Shown piece by piece: positions 1-8,255 of a DNA stretch of 32,352 nt. Both the position numbers and the translations under genes were made by a program. The stretch covers positions 1 to 32,352 of the forward strand of contig CAKJXZ020000019.1 in assembly GCA_918234285.1 (NCBI GenBank), written 5' to 3'. Origin of the DNA: Pseudomonadota bacterium (GTDB lineage: Bacteria; Pseudomonadota; Alphaproteobacteria; RF32; CAG-239). The number at the start of each line of letters is the position of its first letter. Positions within the stretch are counted from its first letter, which is position 1. The notes beneath the pieces were generated by a model, which was given only the letters and a program-made list of their open reading frames with translations, did not search any database and was not told the DNA's origin.

Positions 1-142
1 CCGGCGGTAATTTATTATGACAGCCCGATTTTGGCGCCGCACCACCATTATGCGCCGTATCCGCATCATTATAATGATGCGGATACGGCGCATAATGGTG
101 GTGCGGCGCCAAAATCGGGCTGTCATAATAAATTACCGCCGG
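1..142. repeat. Perfect 142-bp palindrome at the window edge (probable fold-back assembly artefact)
   Basis: 1-71 is the exact reverse complement of 72-142, with no loop. Confidence 0.95.
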
Positions 143-301
143 TTGCTCATACACCACCGTCGGAGCGCCGGAAACATACGTTGTTGAATACGCCGGCGCA
201 TATCCGTCGGAAACCACATACGAATCTTCGTAGTAATAGTCTGCCGGAACATAGCATCCGCTCAATCCCAGACAAATCATTATCGCAAATATTTTTTTCA
301 T
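1..301 (-). CDS. Small Tyr/Pro-rich lipoprotein, 3' end running off the window (not in the ORF track)
   Basis: ATG at 301 with AAGGAG RBS; translates as MKKIFAIMICLGLSGC-YVPADYYEDSYVVSDGYAPAYSTTYV...; lipobox LSGC; no stop before position 1. Confidence 0.8.
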   Translation of the reverse strand, partial: MKKIFAIMICLGLSGCYVPADYYYEDSYVVSDGYAPAYSTTYVSGAPTVVYEQPAVIYYDSPILAPHHHYAPYPHHYNDADTAHNGGAAPKSGCHNKLPP

Positions 302-407
302 GGCAAAAACTCCTTTTGTGTTTCAATACCTCTATCATGTCGCAAAAAAAATTAAATGTAAACAGAAAAAACATCCGTTTAGGTATGTATAATTTAAAAA
401 TTTTACC

Positions 408-435
408 TTGACAATTTTGTCAAAACAGCTATACT
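408..435 (+). promoter_or_regulatory. Sigma70-like promoter overlapped by an inverted repeat
   Basis: TTGACA(408-413)-16 bp-TATACT(430-435); 408-423 is TTGACA-ATTT-TGTCAA. Confidence 0.55.
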
Positions 436-507
436 GACAGTGTATTTAAGTTATTAATATATATATTATGTCGCATCTTTTCATTATTGAAGGGACGACA
501 TTAGTGC

Positions 508-903
508 ATGAAAACTCCAAGAAAATTGTCGAACCAAAAATATTACAAAATGAAAAGAGTTATTTTTTTAGGACTGTGCTTTGCACTGTTGCTCTTGTTG
601 CTGGCTTTTGCTGATAAGCGGGATTTCCTCGGCGAGGAAGATACCGGTTGGTGCATTGCCACGGTTGCAGTTACCTGCGCCGTAATAACCGCCGCAGTAG
701 AGAACAGGTGGATTGCCACGGTAGCAGTCATCATCGGCTTCTTGAACTCCATCCTCTTGGGCTTGGTCTCCGCGGGCATTTATGTCTTCGGCATGATTGC
801 CATCATCTGGATGGTTATCTCCTACCCCGAAGTTAAGAGCATGATTACTCAGCTTTGGGCACCGGAGAAAGATGAAAAAGAAGATGATGAAGAAGAAAAA
901 TAA
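508..903 (+). CDS. Hypothetical membrane protein with acidic C-terminal tail
   Basis: 131-aa ORF with several hydrophobic segments, an upstream promoter and a downstream terminator; alternative start at 550. Confidence 0.75.
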   Translation: MKTPRKLSNQKYYKMKRVIFLGLCFALLLLLLAFADKRDFLGEEDTGWCIATVAVTCAVITAAVENRWIATVAVIIGFLNSILLGLVSAGIYVFGMIAIIWMVISYPEVKSMITQLWAPEKDEKEDDEEEK

Positions 904-905
904 GG

Positions 906-945
906 AAAAGCGTCTGTGCTCGTCACACAGACGCTTTTTCTTTTG
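906..945 (+). terminator. Rho-independent terminator
   Basis: AAAAGCGTCTGTG-loop-CACAGACGCTTTT followed by a T-rich tail. Confidence 0.8.
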
Positions 946-1035
946 CATATAATGTGCATAAACCGCCGTAATTCTTTGAAAAAATCAATCGTATTGCTAA
1001 AATATCCCCGATTCGTAACAGTAACAGAGGGAAAT

Positions 1036-2190
1036 ATGGCACAAACAGAAAATAACAAACCGGTAGTTTTACAAGTTTTGCCCGAACTTAATCAGGGCGG
1101 AGTCGAACTCGGCACCATCGAAATCGCCTCCGAGCTGCAAAAACGCGGCATTGCCAATTTTGTGGCGTCGGCGGGCGGACGGATGTTGCCGCAGCTGGAG
1201 CGCCTGAAGGTCAAACACTTCACCCTGCCGCTCAAAACCAAAAATATTTTCAAAATGTGGCTCAACACCAAAAAACTCGAAAAAATCATCAAAGAAAACG
1301 GCGTAACCATTGTCCACGCCCGCTCGCGTGCACCGGCTTGGAGCGCTTATTGGGCGACCAAAAACTGCGGTGTGCATTTTGTAACCACCTTCCACGGCAC
1401 CTATGGTTTGGGTCCGCGCGGCATCAAAAAATTCTATAACCGCATTATGACCTACGGCGAGCGCGTTATTGCCATTTCCAACCACATCAAAGAGCATATC
1501 ATCAAAAATTACGGCACCGACGAAAATAAAATCCGTCTGATTGCCCGTTGCGTCAACATGGAAAATTTTGACGTGGAGAACACCACCGCCGAGCGCATGA
1601 TTAAGTTTTTGGAAGAAAATCAAATTCCTTCCGACAAACCGCTCATCACCCTCATCGGCCGCCTGACTAACTGGAAAGGCCAAAAACTCCTGATTGAGGC
1701 CTTGAGCAAAATCAAGGATGAAGACTTTTTCTGCCTGTTAATCGGTGATGACCAGGGACGCACCAAATATACCGACGAATTGCACGAGATGATAGAAAAA
1801 TACAATATGACCGACCGTTTTGCGTTTATCCGCCATGTTTCCGATGTTCCGGCGGCGATGATGGTATCGGACATTGTGCTCTCAACCTCGATTGAACCGG
1901 AAGCATTCGGCCGTATTGCCATTGAAGGCCAGGCCATGGGACGAATTGTTATTGCCTCAAACATCGGCGGCTCCAAAGAAACCGTAATCGACGGAGTTAC
2001 AGGCAAATTGTTTACAAGCGGCGATGCCGACAGCTTGGCTTCTGCGCTCAAATGGGGACTGTCGCTTTCCACCTCCGAGCGCGAAAAAATCGGTGCCGCT
2101 GCCATAAAAAATATAAAAGAACATTTTACAAAACAAATTATGTGTGATAAAACAATCAAGGTTTATGAAGAACTCATGAATCAAAAGTAG
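1036..2190 (+). CDS. Glycosyltransferase family 4 (GT-B, RfaB-like)
   Basis: VLQVLPELNQGGVE, HARSRAPAW, TTFHG and EAFGRIAIEGQAMG motifs; ATG at 1036 follows AGAGGG. Confidence 0.92.
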   Translation: MAQTENNKPVVLQVLPELNQGGVELGTIEIASELQKRGIANFVASAGGRMLPQLERLKVKHFTLPLKTKNIFKMWLNTKKLEKIIKENGVTIVHARSRAPAWSAYWATKNCGVHFVTTFHGTYGLGPRGIKKFYNRIMTYGERVIAISNHIKEHIIKNYGTDENKIRLIARCVNMENFDVENTTAERMIKFLEENQIPSDKPLITLIGRLTNWKGQKLLIEALSKIKDEDFFCLLIGDDQGRTKYTDELHEMIEKYNMTDRFAFIRHVSDVPAAMMVSDIVLSTSIEPEAFGRIAIEGQAMGRIVIASNIGGSKETVIDGVTGKLFTSGDADSLASALKWGLSLSTSEREKIGAAAIKNIKEHFTKQIMCDKTIKVYEELMNQK

Positions 2191-2220
2191 AATTTTTAAT
2201 AGTGAAAAGGTAGGAAAAAA

Positions 2221-4152
2221 ATGATAAAAATTAAGTTGCCGGATGGCAGTATTTTAGAAGAAAAGGACGGTATTTCCGGCTTGGAAATAGCGCAAAAAAT
2301 CAGTTCTGGTTTGGCCAAGGCCGCACTCGCGGTCAGCGTTAACGACAAATTGCAAGATCTCACTACTCCGATAACTACCGATTCTACACTCACTATTATC
2401 ACCGCCAAAGATAAGGACGGTTTGCACATTTTAAGACACTCTTGCGCTCACGTTATGGCTGAAGCCGTACAGGAAATCTGGCCGGATACGCAGGTTACCA
2501 TCGGCCCGGCTATTGAAAACGGCTTCTACTACGACTTTGCCCGCAAAGAACCGTTTACCACCGAAGACTTTGCAAAAATCGAAGCCAAAATGCACGAGAT
2601 TGTCAAGCGCGACGAAAAAATCGAGCGTATCGTAATGCCGCGCAACGACGCAATTAAATTCTTCAAAGATAAAGGTGAACACTATAAGGTAGAAATTATT
2701 GAAGATTTACCTGAAGATGAAATCATAACCCTTTATCGTCAGGGCAATTATACCGATTTGTGCCGCGGTCCGCACGTTCCGTCAACCGCCAAAATCGGCG
2801 ATGCCTTCAAACTGATGAAGGTTGCCGGTGCTTATTGGCGCGGCGATTCCAATAACGAAATGTTGCAACGCTTGTATGCTACCGCTTGGGCCAACAAAAA
2901 AGACTTGGATGCCTACATCACCATGATGGAAGAAGCCGCCAAACGTGACCACCGCAAGCTCGGCAAAGAAATGGATTTGTTCCACTTTGAACCGGAATAT
3001 GCGCCGGGTGCCGTGTTCTGGCACGACAAAGGTTTCCGCATTTATCGCAAATTGATTGAATATATGCGCAACCGCCAAGAGCACAACGGCTATATTGAAA
3101 TTGAAACCCCGCGTGTTATGAATCGCGTTTTGTGGGAAACTTCCGGTCACTGGGATAAATACGGCGCACACAACTATTCCGGAGAAATGGAAGACGGCAG
3201 TATGTTCTGCGTCAAACCGATGAACTGCCCTGGCGGATTGCTGGTTTATAAACAGGGCGTTAAATCTTATCGCGACCTGCCGCTTCGTATGGCCGAGTTC
3301 GGCAAGGTTAACCGCTATGAGGCCTCCGGTGCTCTGATGGGCCTGATGCGCGTACGCGAATTTACTCAGGACGATGCCCATATTTTCTGCACACCGGAGC
3401 AAATGGAAGACGAATGTATCAACACCATGAAGCTGATTTTCGATATTTATAAAGATTTCGGCTTTGACAGCGTGAAGATTTATCTTTCAACCCGTCCGGA
3501 CAGCATTTATCGTATCGGCAGTGACGAAATTTGGGATTTGTGCGAAAATTCGTTGGCGCACGCTCTCGAAAAACACGGTTATGCTTATGAAATCAATCCG
3601 GGCGAAGGTGCCTTCTATGGTCCGAAACTCGAATTTATTTTGAAAGATGCCATCGGTCGTGAATGGCAATGCGGCACCATTCAGGTAGATATGAACCTGC
3701 CGGAGCGTTTCGATATTTCCTATATCGGCGAAGATGGTGAAAAACATCGTCCGGTGATGTTGCACCGCGCTTTGTTCGGCTCAATCGAACGCTTTTTGGG
3801 TATTTTGATTGAACATCACGCCGGCAAATTGCCGCTATGGCTGTCGCCGTTGCCGGTAGTGGTAGCGCCGATTGTCAGCGAATTTGACGGCTATGCCGAA
3901 GAAATCGTGGCTGAATTGGATAAGGTGGGAATTAAGGCACAATCCGACTTGCGCAACGAAAAAATCAATTACAAAGTGCGTGAACATTCGCTCTCTAAAG
4001 TTCCGGTAATCGTGGTTGTCGGTGCCAAAGAAAAGGAAAACCACAGCGTAACGATTCGCCGTTTGGGTAGCGAAAAGCAAGAAACCATGTCGCTTGCCGA
4101 CTTTATCAAACAAATGCAAAAAGAATCGGAAATGCCGCATCGCTTTGAATAA
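2221..4152 (+). CDS. thrS: Threonine--tRNA ligase
   Basis: TGS domain, RHSCAH, DLCRGPH, GAYWRG, KPMNCP, RVREFTQDDAH, HRALFGSIERF; 643 aa. Confidence 0.99.
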   Translation: MIKIKLPDGSILEEKDGISGLEIAQKISSGLAKAALAVSVNDKLQDLTTPITTDSTLTIITAKDKDGLHILRHSCAHVMAEAVQEIWPDTQVTIGPAIENGFYYDFARKEPFTTEDFAKIEAKMHEIVKRDEKIERIVMPRNDAIKFFKDKGEHYKVEIIEDLPEDEIITLYRQGNYTDLCRGPHVPSTAKIGDAFKLMKVAGAYWRGDSNNEMLQRLYATAWANKKDLDAYITMMEEAAKRDHRKLGKEMDLFHFEPEYAPGAVFWHDKGFRIYRKLIEYMRNRQEHNGYIEIETPRVMNRVLWETSGHWDKYGAHNYSGEMEDGSMFCVKPMNCPGGLLVYKQGVKSYRDLPLRMAEFGKVNRYEASGALMGLMRVREFTQDDAHIFCTPEQMEDECINTMKLIFDIYKDFGFDSVKIYLSTRPDSIYRIGSDEIWDLCENSLAHALEKHGYAYEINPGEGAFYGPKLEFILKDAIGREWQCGTIQVDMNLPERFDISYIGEDGEKHRPVMLHRALFGSIERFLGILIEHHAGKLPLWLSPLPVVVAPIVSEFDGYAEEIVAELDKVGIKAQSDLRNEKINYKVREHSLSKVPVIVVVGAKEKENHSVTIRRLGSEKQETMSLADFIKQMQKESEMPHRFE

Positions 4153-4169
4153 AGCTTTCCGAGGCAAGC

Positions 4170-4209
4170 AAAAATCCGCTTGAGGTAGTCAACCTTAAGC
4201 GGATTTTTT
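4170..4209. terminator. Bidirectional terminator
   Basis: AAAATCCGCTTGAGGT-loop-ACCTTAAGCGGATTTTT between convergent genes. Confidence 0.85.
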
Positions 4210-4215
4210 GATAGT

Positions 4216-4500
4216 CTATACGTAATAACCGTAATCATTAATCATTTTGATAAAATTTTCGACTGTCGGATTCTCCTTGAACGAAGATTTATCCATCGCG
4301 TCGTCTGCCATTTCTATTTTGTATTCAGACCAAACAGCGGAACGCATTTCCTCAAAATCCAAAGAATCAAGCCCGTAGTCATCGCGGAGATTGACTTTCA
4401 TCAAAACTTCGTCTTTTACGAATCCCGAATGCAATTCAAGTAAAGCAAGATTGCATTTGTTAAGTATGTGACGAACTTCAGTTATACCTATTTTAACCAT
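4216..4500 (-). CDS. Acyl carrier protein-like (phosphopantetheine-binding) protein
   Basis: 94 aa, acidic; LRDDYGLDSLD attachment motif and C-terminal TVENFI. Confidence 0.75.
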   Translation of the reverse strand: MVKIGITEVRHILNKCNLALLELHSGFVKDEVLMKVNLRDDYGLDSLDFEEMRSAVWSEYKIEMADDAMDKSSFKENPTVENFIKMINDYGYYV

Positions 4501-4526
4501 AATCGTAACGTTTTAATGTTCAACAT

Positions 4527-5072
4527 TTACTCACTCGCGGGAATGAACAAGATACCGATTGCCGCAATCGAAAGCATGATGATACCATAGATGTTAATCG
4601 CCGGCTCCAAACCATTGAAAACCATTGCGAAGTAGGCACCGATACTATAGCACAAATAGCTGTATGCTCCGCAACCGAGCCACAACGTGTCAGCACCGAC
4701 TTTGTTCAACCGCCAGATGGCTAAATAAAGCAGAACAATACAGCCGACTAAGATGCCCGCGTGGAAATACCAGACTACGGAAATATAAATTCCCATAATT
4801 GCCGTCAATCCCACGAGGATATTGCCGTTTCCCCTATGATTAGTCAATCCTGCCCCGATAAAAGCTGGTAAAACAAGTAACATAAAGAGAATGGCATCAA
4901 TCGTAAGACCTAAGTTCTCGACCGACGGGAACAATCCGCCAATCCATACCAGCAGGCTCTCAGTGCCGGTTATAACTACGGCGATGACGAGAAAGAGGAG
5001 AATACACAAAAAGCACTCCTCATCGAACCACTTACTGAAGAAATTTTTAATCTTTCCCATAATGCAGTGCAC
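4527..5072 (-). CDS. Hypothetical multi-pass membrane protein
   Basis: About 6 hydrophobic segments; start uncertain (MGKIKN at 5060 possible). Confidence 0.7.
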   Translation of the reverse strand: MHCIMGKIKNFFSKWFDEECFLCILLFLVIAVVITGTESLLVWIGGLFPSVENLGLTIDAILFMLLVLPAFIGAGLTNHRGNGNILVGLTAIMGIYISVVWYFHAGILVGCIVLLYLAIWRLNKVGADTLWLGCGAYSYLCYSIGAYFAMVFNGLEPAINIYGIIMLSIAAIGILFIPASE

Positions 5073-5097
5073 GGGCTTTTACCGCAGGCAAGCTGTC

Positions 5098-5129
5098 TGT
5101 TAAATTGTTAAATTGTTAAATTGTTAAAT
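5098..5129. repeat. Tandem repeat (TGTTAAAT)x4
   Basis: Four exact 8-bp copies just upstream of the 4527-5072 gene. Confidence 0.9.
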
Positions 5130-5298
5130 AGTTTATTCGTATTAAATGATTACTGATATATGTATTCTTTATTTTAAACAAAGAATCGATTTCCAATTAT
5201 ACCTTCATAATTTGATTGTTAAGCGCTAAAATAAATAGAAATTTTGCAAAAGTCAAGTCCCAACTTAAATCATCGGCACAGCGCTTTATTGCTGATTT

Positions 5299-6867
5299 CT
5301 AATCACAAAGAGAAAATACGACTTTTAATGCATCGGCGGCGGATGAGGTTATCCCGCCGGCATATCCCGCCCCCTCGCCGCACGGAAATATACCGCGAAT
5401 ATTGCACTGCATGGTATCGTCGCGCACAATCCGCACCGGCGACGAACTGCGGGTTTCCACACCGGTCAGCACCGCGTCATGAGTATCGAACCCGCGCAAC
5501 TTTTTTGCCATCTCCACAATTCCGGCACGCATGGCCGCCGCAATCTCCCCCGGATAAAGCGCGCCCAAATCGCACCACGTTATCTCCGGCGCATAACTCG
5601 GCCGCACCTCACCGCCGCGCGTGCTTGCTTTTGCTTGCAAAAAATCCCCGACCAACTGTGCCGGCGCGTGATAATTCTTGCCGCCCAGCACAAAAGCGCG
5701 TTCTTCCAACTTGCGCTGAAAATACATACCGGCCAACGGATGCTTACTGCCGAAATCGGCCTCCTCAACCCCGACCAAAAGCGCGGCATTGGCATTTTCC
5801 TTATCGCGCGCAAACTCGCTCATACCGTTGGTAACCACGCGCCCTTCTTCCGAAGCCGCCGCCACCACCGTACCGCCCGGACACATACAAAACGTATACG
5901 CCGAACGGCCGCTCGGCAAATGCACCGCCAGCTTATAATCGGCCGCTCCCAAATACGGACTTTGCGCCGCCGCTCCGTATTGTGCCGCATTAATCATCGC
6001 CTGCTTATGCTCGATTCGCGCCCCAACCGAAAACGGTTTCTGCGTCATATAAACACCGCGACGATACAGCATTTCAAAGGTATCGCGCGCGCTGTGGCCG
6101 ATTGCCAGAAACAGCCGCTCCGCCGGCAATTCATAAACTTCATCATTTGCTTTAACTTTTACGGCCTTTAAACATCCGTCTTTAATAACCAAATCTTCCA
6201 ACTTGCTACCAAAACGGTATTCCCCGCCGAGTTCTCCGATTTTGCGCCGGATGTTGCGCACCACCACTCGCAGATTATCGGTACCGATATGCGGCTTGGC
6301 CAAATACAAAATTTCCGCCGGTGCCCCCGCTTCATATAATTCGTGCATGACTTTGGCGGTAAATTTATCTTTTTTGATGCCGCTCATCAGCTTGCCGTCG
6401 GAAAAAGTACCGGCCCCGCCTTCACCGAACTGCACATTGGTTTCGCTATCCAAGCTGCCGGTTTTCCAGAAGATTTCCACCTTTTGCCGGCGCGTATCCA
6501 CATCGGCGCCACGCTCCAAAATAATCGGCTTCAACCCGGCCTCGGCCAGCGCCAAGCCGGCAAACATCCCGGCCGGACCGCTCCCGACCACAACCGGCCG
6601 CACTCCGTCATCTTTTATTTTAAAAATCAACTTCTCCGGTTCCGGCAAAATCTCTATATCTTTATCTGCCGGATTCCTATTCGCAAAATTGCAATCCACG
6701 CTGTATACAAAGTGCACATTATGTTTGTTACGCGCATCCACCGACTTTTTGGAAACCGCAAAATCGCTGATTTCATCTGCCCGACAATGCAATTTTTCCG
6801 CCGCGCATTTTTTCAAATCGGCCTCATTCGCCGCCAACGGCATTTTTATATTATTGATGCGTAACAT
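5299..6867 (-). CDS. Uncharacterised FAD-dependent oxidoreductase (COG2509-like)
   Basis: VVGSGPAG, FGEGGAGTFSDGKL, YTFCMCPGG, CGEGAGYAGGI; ATG at 6867 with GAGGAG RBS. Confidence 0.9.
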   Translation of the reverse strand: MLRINNIKMPLAANEADLKKCAAEKLHCRADEISDFAVSKKSVDARNKHNVHFVYSVDCNFANRNPADKDIEILPEPEKLIFKIKDDGVRPVVVGSGPAGMFAGLALAEAGLKPIILERGADVDTRRQKVEIFWKTGSLDSETNVQFGEGGAGTFSDGKLMSGIKKDKFTAKVMHELYEAGAPAEILYLAKPHIGTDNLRVVVRNIRRKIGELGGEYRFGSKLEDLVIKDGCLKAVKVKANDEVYELPAERLFLAIGHSARDTFEMLYRRGVYMTQKPFSVGARIEHKQAMINAAQYGAAAQSPYLGAADYKLAVHLPSGRSAYTFCMCPGGTVVAAASEEGRVVTNGMSEFARDKENANAALLVGVEEADFGSKHPLAGMYFQRKLEERAFVLGGKNYHAPAQLVGDFLQAKASTRGGEVRPSYAPEITWCDLGALYPGEIAAAMRAGIVEMAKKLRGFDTHDAVLTGVETRSSSPVRIVRDDTMQCNIRGIFPCGEGAGYAGGITSSAADALKVVFSLCD

Positions 6868-6918
6868 GCAAACTCCTCTGTTTTGACGCATCATAAACAC
6901 AAAAAAACAAATACGCAA

Positions 6919-7233
6919 CTATTCTTTTGTGGCTTTATCTGCGGCGGAAAAACTCAACATCTCCCACAGCGGACGGCGGTAAATCCACAAATTTATTATG
7001 CCGAGCGCAAACGCCAGCGCCCCGAAAACATACAAAAAGAAATACCAATTAAAGTTATCGGCCGTCAGCATAACATCCTGATGCTTTACCCTTAAAGCAA
7101 ACAAAGCAACGGCGGTCAGAAAACCCGCACCGATAAAAGCAAATGTCCAAATTTTCCGCACCTGCTCCCGATTACCGACAACGGCGGAAACAATATAAAT
7201 AAACCCCAATGCGGCCAACACATAAATTTCCAT
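6919..7233 (-). CDS. Small membrane protein (about 3 TM)
   Basis: ATG at 7233 preceded by GGGGAGG; hydrophobic helices. Confidence 0.75.
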   Translation of the reverse strand: MEIYVLAALGFIYIVSAVVGNREQVRKIWTFAFIGAGFLTAVALFALRVKHQDVMLTADNFNWYFFLYVFGALAFALGIINLWIYRRPLWEMLSFSAADKATKE

Positions 7234-7297
7234 ATTTTTCCTCCCCGGATATGCAAATAAGCTCCGAATACCGAAATTCAAGGCAACACAGAAAATA

Positions 7298-7334
7298 AAA
7301 AAGGAACCTGCCGATTAAAGCAGATTCCTTTTTT
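7298..7334 (-). terminator. Rho-independent terminator
   Basis: AAAAAGGAACCTGC-loop-GCAGATTCCTTTTT directly after the stop at 7337. Confidence 0.75.
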
Positions 7335-7336
7335 GT

Positions 7337-8170
7337 TCAGAGCCTTTTTATGGCTACCACCTCATTCGGGAACAGAGTGTATACGCTGTACACGATTCTG
7401 TCGCCGACTCTGATGGAGCTCTCCAGCTTGCTCTTTTTCACATAGATCAGATTGCCGTTATCCAACTCGATAAACATCGTATCTATCGGCCAGAAAGTAA
7501 TGCTGTACCTAATCTCCATGGAGAAGAGATGCTTTACAGTTCCCTCAATCGGATCCGTTGCCACCAAGTACTGACCGGCATCAACATACTGTTCGTACTC
7601 CGGTGTCTCGGTAACGTCACCAACATCAACTCCGTTGATTCTGGCAATTTCATGAGGACAGAACGAGAATACTCCGAAGGAGATTTGATCACCAACATGC
7701 AATTCCTTATCGTAACGCAAGCGCAGCATATAGAAGTAATTTCCATCGCTGACCTGCAGAACATAGGCCTTGAAGGGCCACGGAATCTCACGCCTCATAA
7801 CAACAGAATACAATCTGGTAATTGTCAACAACGACGGATTATTATTCACATTACCGTTGTTGCCGGTATTGTCACCGTTGTTGCCGGTATTGTCACCGTT
7901 GTTGCCGGTGTTGTTACCATTGTCGCCGGTGTTGTTACCGTTGTTGCCGGTGTTGTTACCGTTGTTGCCGGTGTTGTTACCGTTGTCGCCGGTGTTGTTG
8001 CCGGTGTTACCGTTGTTGTTCGGATTATCAGGCTTATTACCACCGGAGTAGTGCTGATGATGATCCCACTCGTACCTTTCCCCATATCCAAGCGGATCGG
8101 GCTCACATGAGGCTACACATAACACCGTTACGGCAGCCAAAAAGAAGAATAATACCTTTTTCATACGCAT
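7337..8170 (-). CDS. Lipoprotein with Gly/Asn/Thr heptad linker and duplicated beta-rich domain
   Basis: MKKVLFFFLAAVTVLCVASC signal peptide; GNNGNNT-type repeats; two similar C-terminal modules. Confidence 0.8.
   Translation of the reverse strand: MRMKKVLFFFLAAVTVLCVASCEPDPLGYGERYEWDHHQHYSGGNKPDNPNNNGNTGNNTGDNGNNTGNNGNNTGNNGNNTGDNGNNTGNNGDNTGNNGDNTGNNGNVNNNPSLLTITRLYSVVMRREIPWPFKAYVLQVSDGNYFYMLRLRYDKELHVGDQISFGVFSFCPHEIARINGVDVGDVTETPEYEQYVDAGQYLVATDPIEGTVKHLFSMEIRYSITFWPIDTMFIELDNGNLIYVKKSKLESSIRVGDRIVYSVYTLFPNEVVAIKRL
7851..8020 (-). repeat. Coding 21-bp tandem repeat, about 7 imperfect copies
   Basis: ACCGTTGTTGCCGGTGTTGTT-like units encoding T-G-[ND]-N-G-[ND]-N. Confidence 0.9.
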
Positions 8171-8255
8171 ACTAATATTTGTTTGCGTTGATTATAGCAT
8201 TTTTTGACAAAAAGTAAATAAAAAAATGCGCAGACTGTAAAATAGTCGCCTTTTA

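Noticed and set aside
31-411. 126-aa plus-strand ORF (and 147-374 minus)
   Set aside because: Shadow frames; the real gene is the minus-strand lipoprotein starting at 301 with an RBS and lipobox.
916-1035. N-terminal extension of the GT4 ORF
   Set aside because: Starts inside a terminator hairpin; the RBS supports ATG 1036.
7851-8020. Possible CRISPR array
   Set aside because: Contiguous coding repeats without unique spacers; no cas genes in the window.
7529-8175. Cys-rich (RCCY), VVTVVAG and PVLLPLL repeat ORFs resembling metallothioneins or RiPP precursors
   Set aside because: Alternative-frame and antisense readings of the 21-bp repeat in the lipoprotein gene.
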